From: Candidatus Melainabacteria bacterium 17Bon1m
GTDB lineage: Bacteria; Cyanobacteriota; Vampirovibrionia; Obscuribacterales; Obscuribacteraceae
Assembly (NCBI GenBank): GCA_032128875.1
Contig: JAVLKG010000001.1
Coordinates: forward strand, 576,001-640,000
Direction of reading: 5' to 3'
Length of the DNA stretch: 64,000 nt
The notes below the pieces were generated by a model. The model saw nothing but the letters and a program-made list of their open reading frames with translations, ran no database searches and was not told where the DNA came from. The translations under genes were made by a program, and so were the position numbers. This document shows, one piece after another, positions 38,336 through 49,312 of the stretch (the stretch's first letter is position 1; every line of letters begins with the position of its first letter).

Positions 38336-39727
38336 CTATTGTTCAAAAAGCAGGTTGACCTCTATCGTATCGTTTGGAGAGTTCGGGACCAATGGATAAG
38401 GCTCTGCCCTCATGCATGCATTCACGACTGAATTGTCAAAAGTTTTATCCTTGCCTGAATCAACTATTACGAGGTGGGCTATTCGTCCATTATTTCGGAT
38501 GCCTAACACTACCTCGGTTTTGCCATGTCCTTCGGCTTTCCACGCAGCATGTGCTTTCTGGCTCACAGAAACAATCCACGGTTCTAGATTTGGGTCAATA
38601 GTCTCGGGTGAGGCCTTCTTATCCTTTGCCAGATCCCGCATCATTTCTTCAGGAGAAGGTTCCTCCAACGGTTGAAGCCAATCTGATTGGCGGGCATCAG
38701 GTTCTATGAATGGCACCACAGTACCATCAGATCGGAAGCTCAGAGCTACAGGAATTTTCACTACTGATTTGTTCTTTCGAAGTTTTTCTGGTGCAGGCGG
38801 AAGTGGTAAAGCGGAAAGAAAAACGTTTAACGCTTGTTCGTCAAACTCTTCGTTGGAAGAAGGTTGGAATATTCGGTAGTTGAAGATGTTGCCACTTGAA
38901 TCGACGAGACAACTGATGCAGCACTCTAGGGCCGGTCTGTTAGCAGTTTTAAGACTTTGTCTAGGTATTTTTGCAACGATTGCTCTTGTGAACAAATCAT
39001 AGTCTTCATTAGATAAAATCACCCGACTGAACGGACCAGCTAACTCGTCTTTTGGCTTGCTCGCGACTTTTAGAATCGTCTCCGGTGGCTTGAAGTCGTA
39101 CAACTTTCGAATGGTTTTAACATCTCTTTCTGATAGCGTTTGCTGCTGAGAAAGATAGGGAAACATTACATCGTGCGGATCCAGGCTGTGATTCACGAGA
39201 CCGAGTGCGTGACCAATTTCATGCAAACATATGGCACGCAAGAGTTCGTCTGTCAGCGGTGCGATCTGGTTTGTCGTTCTGATGAAAATATCGGCAGAAT
39301 TCATATGATGTGGGCTTGTCTGATAGTTGGTTACTCCGGCAACGGATGGTTTCAGTTTTGGCAAGTCCGCAACAAACTCGCATGTGATATCTGCCGGTGG
39401 TTCTTTCACGAACTGAAATTTGATCTTGGAGTTTGAATTCTCGCTCCATGTCTGAAAGGCTTCTCGCAAAATCTGGTCGAACTTTGGCTTGAATTTGGGA
39501 ACGCCCGCCCCGGGTTTAACCAAGACTCGAATTGCCATGTCTGTGTCGAACCATCTGAAGGGATGACCCTTCGTTACTTGTTGAAAATAGTCCTCTTTGG
39601 GTGCTTCGAATGTTCGTGTTTTGGGTGAAGGAGATACTGCTTGTGCGAAGCCAGGACGCTCAAAAGTGAGTTGTGCTGATAGCGCAACAACCATTGCTGT
39701 AAAGATAATTTTTTGAGGACTGGTCAT
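38336..39727 (-). CDS. Exported matrixin (M10) zinc metalloprotease with two TonB-C-like domains
   Basis: HEIGHALGLVNH plus Met-turn VMFP; PSSNEEFDEQAL...LPLPPAP and SGKDKTFDNSVV...AEPYP. Confidence 0.85.
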   Translation of the reverse strand: MTSPQKIIFTAMVVALSAQLTFERPGFAQAVSPSPKTRTFEAPKEDYFQQVTKGHPFRWFDTDMAIRVLVKPGAGVPKFKPKFDQILREAFQTWSENSNSKIKFQFVKEPPADITCEFVADLPKLKPSVAGVTNYQTSPHHMNSADIFIRTTNQIAPLTDELLRAICLHEIGHALGLVNHSLDPHDVMFPYLSQQQTLSERDVKTIRKLYDFKPPETILKVASKPKDELAGPFSRVILSNEDYDLFTRAIVAKIPRQSLKTANRPALECCISCLVDSSGNIFNYRIFQPSSNEEFDEQALNVFLSALPLPPAPEKLRKNKSVVKIPVALSFRSDGTVVPFIEPDARQSDWLQPLEEPSPEEMMRDLAKDKKASPETIDPNLEPWIVSVSQKAHAAWKAEGHGKTEVVLGIRNNGRIAHLVIVDSGKDKTFDNSVVNACMRAEPYPLVPNSPNDTIEVNLLFEQ

Positions 39728-39839
39728 AACGACCTAGATCATAAATGTAAATTTCCGAAATCTTGATGGCACTTTGACAACAAAACCCCGGTCAACCCCT
39801 AAACACGTCATGAAATCACAACATTAAGGAGATAGTTTA

Positions 39840-40154
39840 ATGTTCAAGTCATTAACATCAATGCTCTCGCTGGTTGCTGTTTTGGGGCTTTTGGCTGCAC
39901 CTTCCTTTGCGAAGGATTCAGCTGAAATTCAAGCAGAGGCTGACAAAAAGGCCGCTGAAGCCGCGGCAGTAGGTGCTGAGGCGTCCGCTGAGTCAACCGA
40001 GTCGGCTGTTGCCCAAGTCAAGGGTAAAGAAGGTCGTGCGGCAAAACACGCCAAAGAGGCAGCAAGGCAGTCGAGAAAAGCTGACAAAATCCAGGAAGAT
40101 GCTGACGACTTGCAGCGCAAGGCTGACAAGAAATTGCGCAAGGAACTTAAATAG
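39840..40154 (+). CDS. Small secreted Ala/Lys-rich helical protein
   Basis: AGGAG RBS; signal peptide ending in SFA-K. Confidence 0.75.
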   Translation: MFKSLTSMLSLVAVLGLLAAPSFAKDSAEIQAEADKKAAEAAAVGAEASAESTESAVAQVKGKEGRAAKHAKEAARQSRKADKIQEDADDLQRKADKKLRKELK

Positions 40155-40235
40155 TCAGGAGCGAATCATTCAGCCCTTCCGAAAAGACACTGTGAGTTTC
40201 AAACTTACAGGTTGACCGCTTTGGTGTGAGTGCCT

Positions 40236-41204
40236 TCATTTCTTCAGCGAACTCGGTTCGGAGGCAGAAGGCACTTTGCCGTGCGAACTTGCGCTATCGA
40301 GCATTGTATTTAAGCACTTTTTGAAAAACGTGATATCGCTGTCGCTAATACCGCGCGCCGCGTAGTTGAGAACTTTTCGTGCAATTGGAGGGATTATCTC
40401 GATGAGATCGTCGCCTTGTTCTGTAAGCCAAACTCTAAAGCATCGTTTGTCTTTTTCGTCTTGCTCTCTGCGAATTAGTCCGTTTTCTTCCATGCGCTCA
40501 AGCACGCCGGTAAGTGAGCCGCCGACTTGCTCCAGGTAAGTACCTATTTCTGACACCGGAATACCGTCGTCTTGCCATAGTTTGAAAAGAACCAATGTAT
40601 GACTGGCACTGAGTTTATATTCTTCGAGTGTGTCGTTGAACCTGCGAGTGAGCATTAGCTGCAGAAGTTTTAAGCGATAGCCGGTGGAGCGTGGCGGCAA
40701 AATGAGTTGGTATTTCGGAGCCACGCTTACTGCGGCTTCCGGCAAGCATACCGAGTACTCCGGCTCGCAGTTATGAATCATGCGTTCTAGAATGTCGGCG
40801 AATTTTTTCAAATCAGATTCTGAAATGTTTTGCCACGCCTGGTGCCATATGCGGTGCACAATTGGAGGCAAGACTTTGCTGAGCGCGAGACTTTCTTCCG
40901 TTAGATAAACCCGAAGAATTCTTCTGTCTTTGCGGTCGCGTCTGCGCTTTATGAGCTTGCGTTTTTCCATCCGCGACAGGAGGTCGGAAACTGTTCCTCC
41001 TATGTGCTGCAATTGGCTCGACAAGTACATGACGGGTAAGCCATCTTTTTGCCAGAGGCATGACAGTACAACCCAGTGACTGAGCGTGATGTCGTGTTCG
41101 CCAAGGGCTTCGTTTAGTCGTTTTGACATCAGGGCGGCAGTGCGACGCACGAGAAAACCGATTGTTTGACGCGCAAACATGTCGGCGTACTCGGTTCTAA
41201 TCAT
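40236..41204 (-). CDS. Tandem double-MarR transcriptional regulator
   Basis: Two MarR domains (LWQKDG...RMEKRKLIKR..DRRILRVYLT; LWQDDG...RMEENGLIRR..DKRCFRVWLT); divergent from the RND operon. Confidence 0.9.
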   Translation of the reverse strand: MIRTEYADMFARQTIGFLVRRTAALMSKRLNEALGEHDITLSHWVVLSCLWQKDGLPVMYLSSQLQHIGGTVSDLLSRMEKRKLIKRRRDRKDRRILRVYLTEESLALSKVLPPIVHRIWHQAWQNISESDLKKFADILERMIHNCEPEYSVCLPEAAVSVAPKYQLILPPRSTGYRLKLLQLMLTRRFNDTLEEYKLSASHTLVLFKLWQDDGIPVSEIGTYLEQVGGSLTGVLERMEENGLIRREQDEKDKRCFRVWLTEQGDDLIEIIPPIARKVLNYAARGISDSDITFFKKCLNTMLDSASSHGKVPSASEPSSLKK

Positions 41205-41382
41205 CTCGTGCTGCTTCACTTCGGTATTTTTGAAGACGATCACAAATCCATCACATTTTAGCAGTTTGTGAAGCCCCATAGATGCTGCAATATAGGCTGT
41301 TTTCAAGCGAAACATTAATTATGGTTGCTGCGAATAGTTCGTATCAACTATAATTGGAAAAAGCCGTCACCTTGGTCATTTC

Positions 41383-44300
41383 ATGTGGATCGTAAAGCTG
41401 GCGCTTCGGCGACCTTATACATTTGTAGTTGTTTCCCTGCTTATTTCTATACTGGGAATTGTCAGCATCACTCGGATGCCGACGGATATTTTTCCGACCA
41501 TAAACATTCCGGTCGTCAGTGTCATCTGGAGTTATAACGGACTGCCCGCTGAGGAGATGGAGAATCGCATCACGACCATTTGTGAGCGAGCGATCACAAC
41601 AGTCACGAGTGACATCGAACACATTGAGTCATCGTCACTAGACGGCATATCCGTAATCAAGGTCTATTTGCAGCAAGGCGCAGATGTCGGCAGAGGCGTC
41701 GGAACCATCGCCTCCCTTTGCCAAACTCTTTTGCGTATCTATCCGCAAGGGACGACACCACCACTTATAACTTCCTTCAGCGCATCGGATGTTCCTGTCC
41801 TTCAGCTCGGCGTCGGCAGCAAGACTCTGTCCGAACAAGAGCTTTTCGACTATGGAATGAACTTCATCCGGACCGGATTATCCGGCGTTGAGGGTGCCTC
41901 GATTCCGTTGCCTTATGGCGGTAAAAGCAGGCAGGTGATGGTCGACCTTGACCCTGAGGCTTTGCAGTCCAAAGGTCTGTCAGCGACCGACGTGTCTGTG
42001 GCGCTGGCAGCGCAAAACGTCATTTTGCCGAGCGGAAAAGCAAAGATTGGTTCGCAGCAAATAGCCGTTCAATTGAATAGTACGCCCGAGACCATCGAGG
42101 CTTTCAATAACTTACCAATCAAGCAGATTAATGGCTCAACGGTTTATTTGCGCGATGTCGCGCACGTGCGGGACGGCTTTGCTGTGCAGACCAATATTGT
42201 CCATCAAAACGGACGCCGCTCTACATTATTGAATGTGCTGCGCAATGGTAGTGCCTCCACCATCGCTGTCGTCGAGCGTGTTCGTAAGGCATTGCCTCAG
42301 GTTCTTGCAACTGTTCCTAAGGAAATCGATGTGCAACTGCTGGCGGACCAGTCGGTTTTTGTCAAAGGAGCTATTAGTGGAGTGGTCCGCGAAGCAGCAA
42401 TTGCCGCTGGTCTAACCGCGCTTTTAATTTTGGTTTTGCTCGGCAGTTGGCGCAGTACAGTTGTGGTCGCTATCTCCATTCCGCTTTCGATACTCGCTGC
42501 CATTTCGTGCATGTTCGCAATGCACCAGACTCTCAACATCATGACGCTGGGTGGCCTGGCGCTCGCTGTCGGTATGTTGGTGGACGATGCGACTGTGGAG
42601 GTTGAGAACATCCACCGCAACCTCTCGCTCGGCAAGCCGATTGTCACTGCCATTCTCGACGGGGCTCAGCAGATTGCGACCCCGGCTTTTGTTTCAACGC
42701 TGGCAATTTGTATTGTATTCGTGCCTGTCATTTTGCTTTCCGAGCCTGCTCGATCTCTATTCGTTCCGCTGGGAATGGCTGTTGTTTTTTCCATGATGTT
42801 CTCTTACTTCCTCTCCCGCACCTTGGTACCCGTCATGTGCCTGTACCTGCTGAAAGGGCATGAGAGCGAAGCGGACAGCCAGACTGTCGGTGTTTTCGCA
42901 GCAGTTCATTTGTTCGTCATTTCGATTTTTGATGGCGTGCGCGATAAGTATGCGCAAGTATTGCGATATTTCATCGCGCATAAAGGCCTTACTGCGACAT
43001 TCTTTGCTTGCTTCTTCGGTCTCTCGGCGATGTTGATTCCATTTCTCGGCATGGACTATTTCCCGCAAGTGGATGCTGGACAAATGCGCATGCACTTGCG
43101 CGCGCCAACTGGTACGAGGTTGGAGGAGACCGAACGTCTCTTTCTGCGGATTGAAGAGGAGATAAAAGCGCTTTTGGCGCCGGGCGACCTCGAATCGATT
43201 CTCGACAATATCGGTCTGCCTGCCAGTGGTATCAGTCTTGCGTATGGTGACAACATTACGACCAGTGAATTTGATGGAGAAATTTTGATTTCACTGCACG
43301 AACACCACAAGGTCTCAACCTTTGAATATTCGAAGAAGATACGCGAGATGTTGCGCAAGAAATTCCCGCAAGTCACCTGCTTCTTCCAGCCTGCAGACAT
43401 TGTCAGTCAAATATTGAATGCTGGTTTGCCTGCACCAATCGACATTCAAGTGACGGGACGCAATAAGAAAGCAAACTATCTGATTGCTCAAAAACTTCGC
43501 GATAAAGTCGCCGCTGTTCGTGGTGCAACCGACGTGACTCTGCAGCAGATTACAAACGCGCCCCAAATGCGTTTGACGGTGGATAGAACCAAAGCGAGCC
43601 AGCTTGGTTTGTCACAAAGAGATATTGCATCGTCCTTGCTCATCAGTTTGAGTTCTAGCTTTCAAACCGCACCAGGCTTTTGGGTGAATCCCGAAAATGG
43701 TGTCAACTATCCGGTTGCTGTGCAAACTCCTGAACATCGAATGGGTGGATTGGACGAAATCATGCAGACGCCGATCACTGGTCCTGCTGCTTCGAAGCCT
43801 CAACTGATGCAAAACCTTGCCACTGCCAATCGCGGAATGACCGCAACCGTTGTGAATCATTACAAGATTCAGCCTGTGTATGACGTCTTCGCAAATGTAC
43901 AAGGTCGCGACCTCGGCGGCGTGATGGCCGACGTTGAGAAAATCGTCGCCGGTGTAAAGAAAGACCTTCCTCGTGGCAGCACTTGCATAATTCGTGGTCA
44001 AGCTCAGAGTATGACGTCAGCGTTTGTAGGGTTGGCTAGCGGATTGGTTTTTGCGCTATTGCTGGTTTATCTTCTGCTTGTCGTCAACTTCCAATCTTGG
44101 ACAGATCCGTTGATTATTTTGATGGCACTTCCAGGCGCCGCGTCCGGCATTTTGTGGGCATTATTTGCCACTCAGACGACGTTTAGCGTGCCGGCACTGA
44201 TGGGCGCAATCGTGTCTATTGGCGTAGCGTCGGCGAATAGTATCTTGTTGATTACATTTGCTAACGATCAAATCAAAGATGGCTCGACAGCAGAAGAAGC

Positions 44301-44571
44301 TGCGTTAAACGCTGGATTTACGAGATTCCGTCCAGTAATTATGACCGCTGCTGCCATGATAATCGGTATGTTGCCGATGGCTCTGGGATTCGGCGAAGGC
44401 GGTGCTCAGAACGCGCCCCTCGGTCGAGCTGTAATAGGTGGTTTGAGTGTAGCGACCTTCGCCACTCTGCTTTTCGTTCCGTGTGTTTTTGCACTGGTGC
44501 GTAAGAAAACAAAAGCATTTTCGGTCAATCAAGAAGTAGAAATGTTAGTAGGAGGTTACTCCAATGATTGA
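41383..44571 (+). CDS. RND efflux permease (AcrB/AcrD/AcrF family)
   Basis: MWIVKLALRRP, GMLVDDATVEVENI, TRFRPVIMT. Confidence 0.96.
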   Translation: MWIVKLALRRPYTFVVVSLLISILGIVSITRMPTDIFPTINIPVVSVIWSYNGLPAEEMENRITTICERAITTVTSDIEHIESSSLDGISVIKVYLQQGADVGRGVGTIASLCQTLLRIYPQGTTPPLITSFSASDVPVLQLGVGSKTLSEQELFDYGMNFIRTGLSGVEGASIPLPYGGKSRQVMVDLDPEALQSKGLSATDVSVALAAQNVILPSGKAKIGSQQIAVQLNSTPETIEAFNNLPIKQINGSTVYLRDVAHVRDGFAVQTNIVHQNGRRSTLLNVLRNGSASTIAVVERVRKALPQVLATVPKEIDVQLLADQSVFVKGAISGVVREAAIAAGLTALLILVLLGSWRSTVVVAISIPLSILAAISCMFAMHQTLNIMTLGGLALAVGMLVDDATVEVENIHRNLSLGKPIVTAILDGAQQIATPAFVSTLAICIVFVPVILLSEPARSLFVPLGMAVVFSMMFSYFLSRTLVPVMCLYLLKGHESEADSQTVGVFAAVHLFVISIFDGVRDKYAQVLRYFIAHKGLTATFFACFFGLSAMLIPFLGMDYFPQVDAGQMRMHLRAPTGTRLEETERLFLRIEEEIKALLAPGDLESILDNIGLPASGISLAYGDNITTSEFDGEILISLHEHHKVSTFEYSKKIREMLRKKFPQVTCFFQPADIVSQILNAGLPAPIDIQVTGRNKKANYLIAQKLRDKVAAVRGATDVTLQQITNAPQMRLTVDRTKASQLGLSQRDIASSLLISLSSSFQTAPGFWVNPENGVNYPVAVQTPEHRMGGLDEIMQTPITGPAASKPQLMQNLATANRGMTATVVNHYKIQPVYDVFANVQGRDLGGVMADVEKIVAGVKKDLPRGSTCIIRGQAQSMTSAFVGLASGLVFALLLVYLLLVVNFQSWTDPLIILMALPGAASGILWALFATQTTFSVPALMGAIVSIGVASANSILLITFANDQIKDGSTAEEAALNAGFTRFRPVIMTAAAMIIGMLPMALGFGEGGAQNAPLGRAVIGGLSVATFATLLFVPCVFALVRKKTKAFSVNQEVEMLVGGYSND

Positions 44572-46024
44572 GCCTTCGAGCGGTTGTGCAACTAGAGAGC
44601 AAGATATTAAGGGGACTGAAATGGTCCGAGAAGAAATGCAACATCAAAAGGACCAGAAAGATTCATTTACTATGCACGAACGCTCTGATGCCAATAGAGT
44701 AAGCGGCCGTCCGCCCCTCGCCGTGATTGCTCTGTTGGTTGCGACCTTTGTTGCTTTTGCAGGCATCTTCGCTTACGGCATGTTTGCGCGTGCTGCTCGC
44801 GAGAAAGAGTCCGATGCCATGGAGCAGATAAAGATTGCGACGCCATCATATACGGTGTCGCCAGTAAAAATTGCCGCGAAAACGGTTGAGCTTAAACTGC
44901 CGGCAAATATTCAAGCGATTCAAGAATTCAGTATTTACTCTCGCTGTGACGGTTATCTGAAACGCCGCTTAGTTGATATTGGCGATCACGTGAGAAAAGG
45001 ACAATTGCTGGTTGAGATAGATGCCCCTGAGTTGGAGAAACAGCTCAAGCGTGAGGTTGCTGATTACAAGCAAGCAGAAGCTCAGGTGAAGAGCGCGGAA
45101 GCTGATCTTGCGCAAGCGATGTCGATGGTTCAAAACAACAAGGCGGCGGTAAAACGTCTGGAAGCGCAAATCAATTTTTCTGCTCTTGAAGTTCAGCGCT
45201 ACAAAGATTTGGAACGCCAGGGAGCGGTCAGCAGCGAACAGCGCGATGAGAAAGTCAGAGACGTAAGCACTGACAGAGCATCACTCGAAGCTGCTCAAGC
45301 TGCGGTTGCAGCCGCTAAGGCGCAAGCTGCTGCGTATCGCGAGAAGATAGCAGCAGCTAGAGCAAATGTCGATGCGGCGAATGCGAGTGTGGAAGAATTA
45401 GAAACCACCACAGCATTTCAAAAAGTTCTTGCTCCTTGTGACGGTGTAATCACTGCTCGTAATGTTGACGCTGGTGCCCTCGTTTCGAAAGGGAGCAGCA
45501 CCAATAATCAGGAATTGTTGAAGATGGCGCGCACGGACATGTTGCGCGTTTTTGTTTATATACCGCAGACGGATTATCAGGGTGTGACAGTTGGAATGCC
45601 CGCGAAAGTCACGGTGGCGGAATTGCCGAATCAAGCCTTCGATGCGCGTATCACGCATATATCTGGCGGTCTAGATCCTACTTCTCGCACCCTGCTTGCA
45701 GAGATTCAAATTCCCAATACGAATCGAAAGCTCATGCCGGGTATGTTCGCACAAGTAAGCATGATTGCACAACGGCAACATCCGCCGGTAATTGCGCCTG
45801 ATTCTGCGATTGTTGTAAAACCAGAAGGACAATTTGTCGTTGTTTATGACAATGGTTCGGTTCATTATCAAAAGGTGACCTTAGGCAGAGACTTCGGCAA
45901 GCAGAGCGAAGTAACCGGTGGGCTCCAGCCTGGCGATCAAGTACTATTGCAGCCAACCACAGACCTAACAGAAGGGCAAAAAATCAATCCTGATTTTGTT
46001 CAGGCCGGTCCAGCTAAGTCGTGA
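44564..46024 (+). CDS. RND periplasmic adaptor (membrane fusion protein)
   Basis: TM anchor, VDIGDHVRKGQLL, coiled coil, APCDGVIT, LMPGMFA. Confidence 0.93.
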   Translation: MIEPSSGCATREQDIKGTEMVREEMQHQKDQKDSFTMHERSDANRVSGRPPLAVIALLVATFVAFAGIFAYGMFARAAREKESDAMEQIKIATPSYTVSPVKIAAKTVELKLPANIQAIQEFSIYSRCDGYLKRRLVDIGDHVRKGQLLVEIDAPELEKQLKREVADYKQAEAQVKSAEADLAQAMSMVQNNKAAVKRLEAQINFSALEVQRYKDLERQGAVSSEQRDEKVRDVSTDRASLEAAQAAVAAAKAQAAAYREKIAAARANVDAANASVEELETTTAFQKVLAPCDGVITARNVDAGALVSKGSSTNNQELLKMARTDMLRVFVYIPQTDYQGVTVGMPAKVTVAELPNQAFDARITHISGGLDPTSRTLLAEIQIPNTNRKLMPGMFAQVSMIAQRQHPPVIAPDSAIVVKPEGQFVVVYDNGSVHYQKVTLGRDFGKQSEVTGGLQPGDQVLLQPTTDLTEGQKINPDFVQAGPAKS

Positions 46025-46054
46025 TTCGACTTGTTTTGTAAATCAGAAGTGGAA

Positions 46055-48634
46055 TTATTTCGCACTGCGTGGCTGAGAGCACGGAACAGCTAAGACAGGA
46101 TCGCCACCAGTCCATGTCTTGTTGTAGAGACTTGGTGTTTGCACAGCCCCTCTGTCGCTGAGCACTTCAGCGCTAACTGACGAGCGCAGCTTGTTAAATG
46201 CTTCGGTGAGTGTCGTGTCTTTGCCTTTGCATTGCAATGCTTCGATCAATTTTCTCGTGAAGATGCTATTCGGGTAATTTTTCGATTCCCATGAAACTTG
46301 ATCTGCCAGGCTGGAGCACAGCACTACTTGCCCGCTTCCAATGTTCAGTCCGCCTGCATCCATTTTTACGCGCTGCAAACCTTTTGCTGCACCGTCGGTG
46401 GTGATGGCGTCTTCGTCTTCATCAGCATCTGATTTTTTCGAGTCTTCGCCCGCAGAACCACTGTGGCAAACATCAAGAATAACAACAACGCGTTTGCTAT
46501 GAACTTGCTCTTGAACTATTTTTGTCAGCCATTGCATCGGAATGCCGGTCGATACCAATTTGAATTTATCGGTGTCGTGGGCAACTAAGAAGTTGACGCC
46601 CACATCTTCTAGCGAAGCACTTCCGTGGCTTGACACGAAAATAACTACCAAGTCGTCCGGTTGCGCTCGTTTGCCTAGCCATCCTTGTCCTAGTTTTGAT
46701 GCAATTTCTTCTTTTGATGCATTGCCATCGGTAAGAAGCTTTACGTGATCTGACTTAAAGTTGCCTTGGGTGACCAGAAAGTTTGCGAAGTCCGTCGCAT
46801 CTTTTGCAGCGTACTTCAGGTTGATTGATTGATCTTTGAAGTTACTGATTCCCACGACCAGTGCCCATTTGTCAGCGACTTTCTTGTCCTGTGCGGAGCT
46901 TGCAAGGGCAGCTGCAGTATAGCTTTGTGCATCCGTTGCGCCTGGCAACGATGCGGTAATTTCTCTCGATTGTTTAAGAAGCGGACCTGCGAGATCCATT
47001 TTCTTCTGCTTCGTATATAGGTCAGCTAGTGCTTCAAGATCTCTGGCAGCCTGTGGACTCTTTTCGCCAAACAGTTTTTGATCGGCGGTCAAAATGCGCT
47101 TGAGTAGCGGCTCTGCTTCGTCGTACTTCTGTTGAACAGTCAACAACTCACTCAAATCTCTAACGATATTGATTGCTTGCAAACTGTCCGGACCCAATGT
47201 TTTTTCTACAAGTTGAAGTGAACTTCTAAACATAGGATCGGCTTTTGCATAGTCTTTTTGCGACAGATAGATTTCTGCCAAACTGCGGGTTGTAAGCGCG
47301 ATATCCGGGTGTTCGGCTCCGAGTTTTTCCTTGCTGATTTTCAAAGCTTTGTTCAACGTTGTTTCTGCTTCAGCAAATTTACGTTCATCAGCAAGAATCG
47401 TTCCCAGCTCAACAAGATCGTGCGCAACTGCCGGATGATCCGCTGTCACCAGTTTTTCATCTAACTCCAATGCTTTTCTTGCGAGCTCCTCAGCTTCGCT
47501 GTAGCGTCCCTGATATCTCGCAATGGACGCTTGAGTAATCCAGCACTTCGAGATTTCTACGTTGTTTTGTCCAAGCGAAGCTTCGATGATTTTGATCGCT
47601 TGTCTGCAGAGTTGTTCTGCTTTTGCATAACGTCCTTCGTCACGATAAAGCAATGCTAGGTCGAGCAGAGCCTTTCCGTAGTCCGGATGCTCTTTGGTGA
47701 GAGCCGCTTCTCGAATTTTGCGAACCTGCTGAAAAGTTTTTCTCGCCTCTTCGTATCGTCCTTGCTTTCTATACAAGTCGCCTAACGGTTCCAAGATAAT
47801 TGCGATGTGTTCATGTTCGAATCCAATCAACGATTGCAGACCAAGTAGTGTCGCTTTGTACAGCGCTTCGGCTTCTTTGTACTTTCCTTTCTCGTTGAGA
47901 ATTTGGGCCAGGTTAAATGCGGTGTACGCGTACAACCAATTTTGCTTGGATGCCGGTGTGCTGAAAAGAGCCAGAGTCCTATCATTGACAGTTTTCGCTT
48001 CGCTTAGCTTGCCCCATTTCAGATACAGTCGCGTCAAACCATTCAGAGGCAGCGCTAGGTTGTAATTGTTTGGGCCAACTTTCTTTGTTCCGATTGCAAT
48101 CGAACGATTGAGAATTTGTTCGCACTCTTGAAAGCGACTTTGGTCTAAATAAAGAACAGACAAATCGCTCATCATTGTGGGGACGAGATCGCTTGCTCTT
48201 TTTTTGCCGGCTTTGTATTTCTTGTTGAGGTGTTTTTTGTCTGATTCTTCAGCTTCGGCGATTGCGCTCTTGAAAAGAGTCTCTGCGTCATTGTATCGGC
48301 CGATTGAGCGATAGGACTCCGCCAACCCAAGGCTAATCTGGGCAGCCTGGTAATCAGATTTTTCGCTGGATTGCTGAGCCTTTTCAAAGAGCTGAATAGC
48401 ATCTTTGTAACGCCCGTGCTGGTAGTTGTTTTGCGCGTTGACGATCAAACTTTCAAGTTTGAAGGGTGCTTCAATTGCCTCCGCGCCGCTGCGTGGGTCG
48501 CGCGCAACAGGCGCTGCGGCGGGTGACTCAGTCGCCTGTACCGATTCGAACATAAGCCCGAAATAGAGTCCAAATAGAATAGTTAGAAGGCGTTTTGATG
48601 ACATTGAATACCTTTCGCAAGCGAAAACGAACAC
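46055..48634 (-). CDS. TPR-repeat protein fused to a C-terminal caspase-like (peptidase C14) domain
   Basis: Many TPR_12-type repeats; KWALVVGIS, SSHGS, ILDVCHSG (His/Cys dyad), SIFTRKLIEAL; signal-like N-terminus. Confidence 0.9.
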   Translation of the reverse strand: MFVFACERYSMSSKRLLTILFGLYFGLMFESVQATESPAAAPVARDPRSGAEAIEAPFKLESLIVNAQNNYQHGRYKDAIQLFEKAQQSSEKSDYQAAQISLGLAESYRSIGRYNDAETLFKSAIAEAEESDKKHLNKKYKAGKKRASDLVPTMMSDLSVLYLDQSRFQECEQILNRSIAIGTKKVGPNNYNLALPLNGLTRLYLKWGKLSEAKTVNDRTLALFSTPASKQNWLYAYTAFNLAQILNEKGKYKEAEALYKATLLGLQSLIGFEHEHIAIILEPLGDLYRKQGRYEEARKTFQQVRKIREAALTKEHPDYGKALLDLALLYRDEGRYAKAEQLCRQAIKIIEASLGQNNVEISKCWITQASIARYQGRYSEAEELARKALELDEKLVTADHPAVAHDLVELGTILADERKFAEAETTLNKALKISKEKLGAEHPDIALTTRSLAEIYLSQKDYAKADPMFRSSLQLVEKTLGPDSLQAINIVRDLSELLTVQQKYDEAEPLLKRILTADQKLFGEKSPQAARDLEALADLYTKQKKMDLAGPLLKQSREITASLPGATDAQSYTAAALASSAQDKKVADKWALVVGISNFKDQSINLKYAAKDATDFANFLVTQGNFKSDHVKLLTDGNASKEEIASKLGQGWLGKRAQPDDLVVIFVSSHGSASLEDVGVNFLVAHDTDKFKLVSTGIPMQWLTKIVQEQVHSKRVVVILDVCHSGSAGEDSKKSDADEDEDAITTDGAAKGLQRVKMDAGGLNIGSGQVVLCSSLADQVSWESKNYPNSIFTRKLIEALQCKGKDTTLTEAFNKLRSSVSAEVLSDRGAVQTPSLYNKTWTGGDPVLAVPCSQPRSAK

Positions 48635-48801
48635 TGGGTCAGGAAAGAGATTCTATCGCGAAACCAAGAAGAGAATATTTAATGTTTGAACCTCCTGGCA
48701 TCAAGCGCTGGTGCGGCTTTCGCAGTTGTGCCGCCCCGTTTTCAAAAGTGCATGTGGGTATGTAATATGTACGACCTGCAAACTGATCGAGGGGGAAGGG
48801 A

Positions 48802-49236
48802 ATGATTCGAGCACTTTTCAATGGCTTCGTTGGCGCGGTTGCGCTCACTACTGCTCATCAGGCCCTTCGCAGAGCGTTGCCGGATGCCCCGCAACTGGAC
48901 CGCATGGGCATGAAAGGTGTGGCAAAGGTCTGCAACGCAGTTGGCAGGAGACCGCCAACTGGTTCAGCGCTTTTCCTCTTTGCATTGTTGGGCGATATTT
49001 TGACCAATACCTTCTATTTCAGCCAGGTTGGCTCGAAGCCAGGACTGGGCAGTCTTGGAAAAGGACTTTCGCTGGGCTTGAGTGCCGGGCTCGGCGCAGC
49101 AGCCCTGCCTGTTGTTATGAGTCTAGACAGCGGCGCCAGAAGAAGAACAAGGCGCACCGGTGCTCTCACCGTAGGTCTTTTCTTGTGTGGTGGACTAGCA
49201 GCCGCTATGGCGGCTCAGTGCGCGCCGCGCAGATAA
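48802..49236 (+). CDS. Hypothetical membrane protein
   Basis: GAVALTTAHQALRR..PDAPQLDRMG, GDILTNTFYFS; several TMs. Confidence 0.75.
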   Translation: MIRALFNGFVGAVALTTAHQALRRALPDAPQLDRMGMKGVAKVCNAVGRRPPTGSALFLFALLGDILTNTFYFSQVGSKPGLGSLGKGLSLGLSAGLGAAALPVVMSLDSGARRRTRRTGALTVGLFLCGGLAAAMAAQCAPRR

Positions 49237-49312
49237 ATACGTTAACCGAAAAGTGCTAAGTTGTATGGGGAGTGTCGACCCTGTCCAGCTCAACTTGAGG
49301 TGTTTCAATCAA

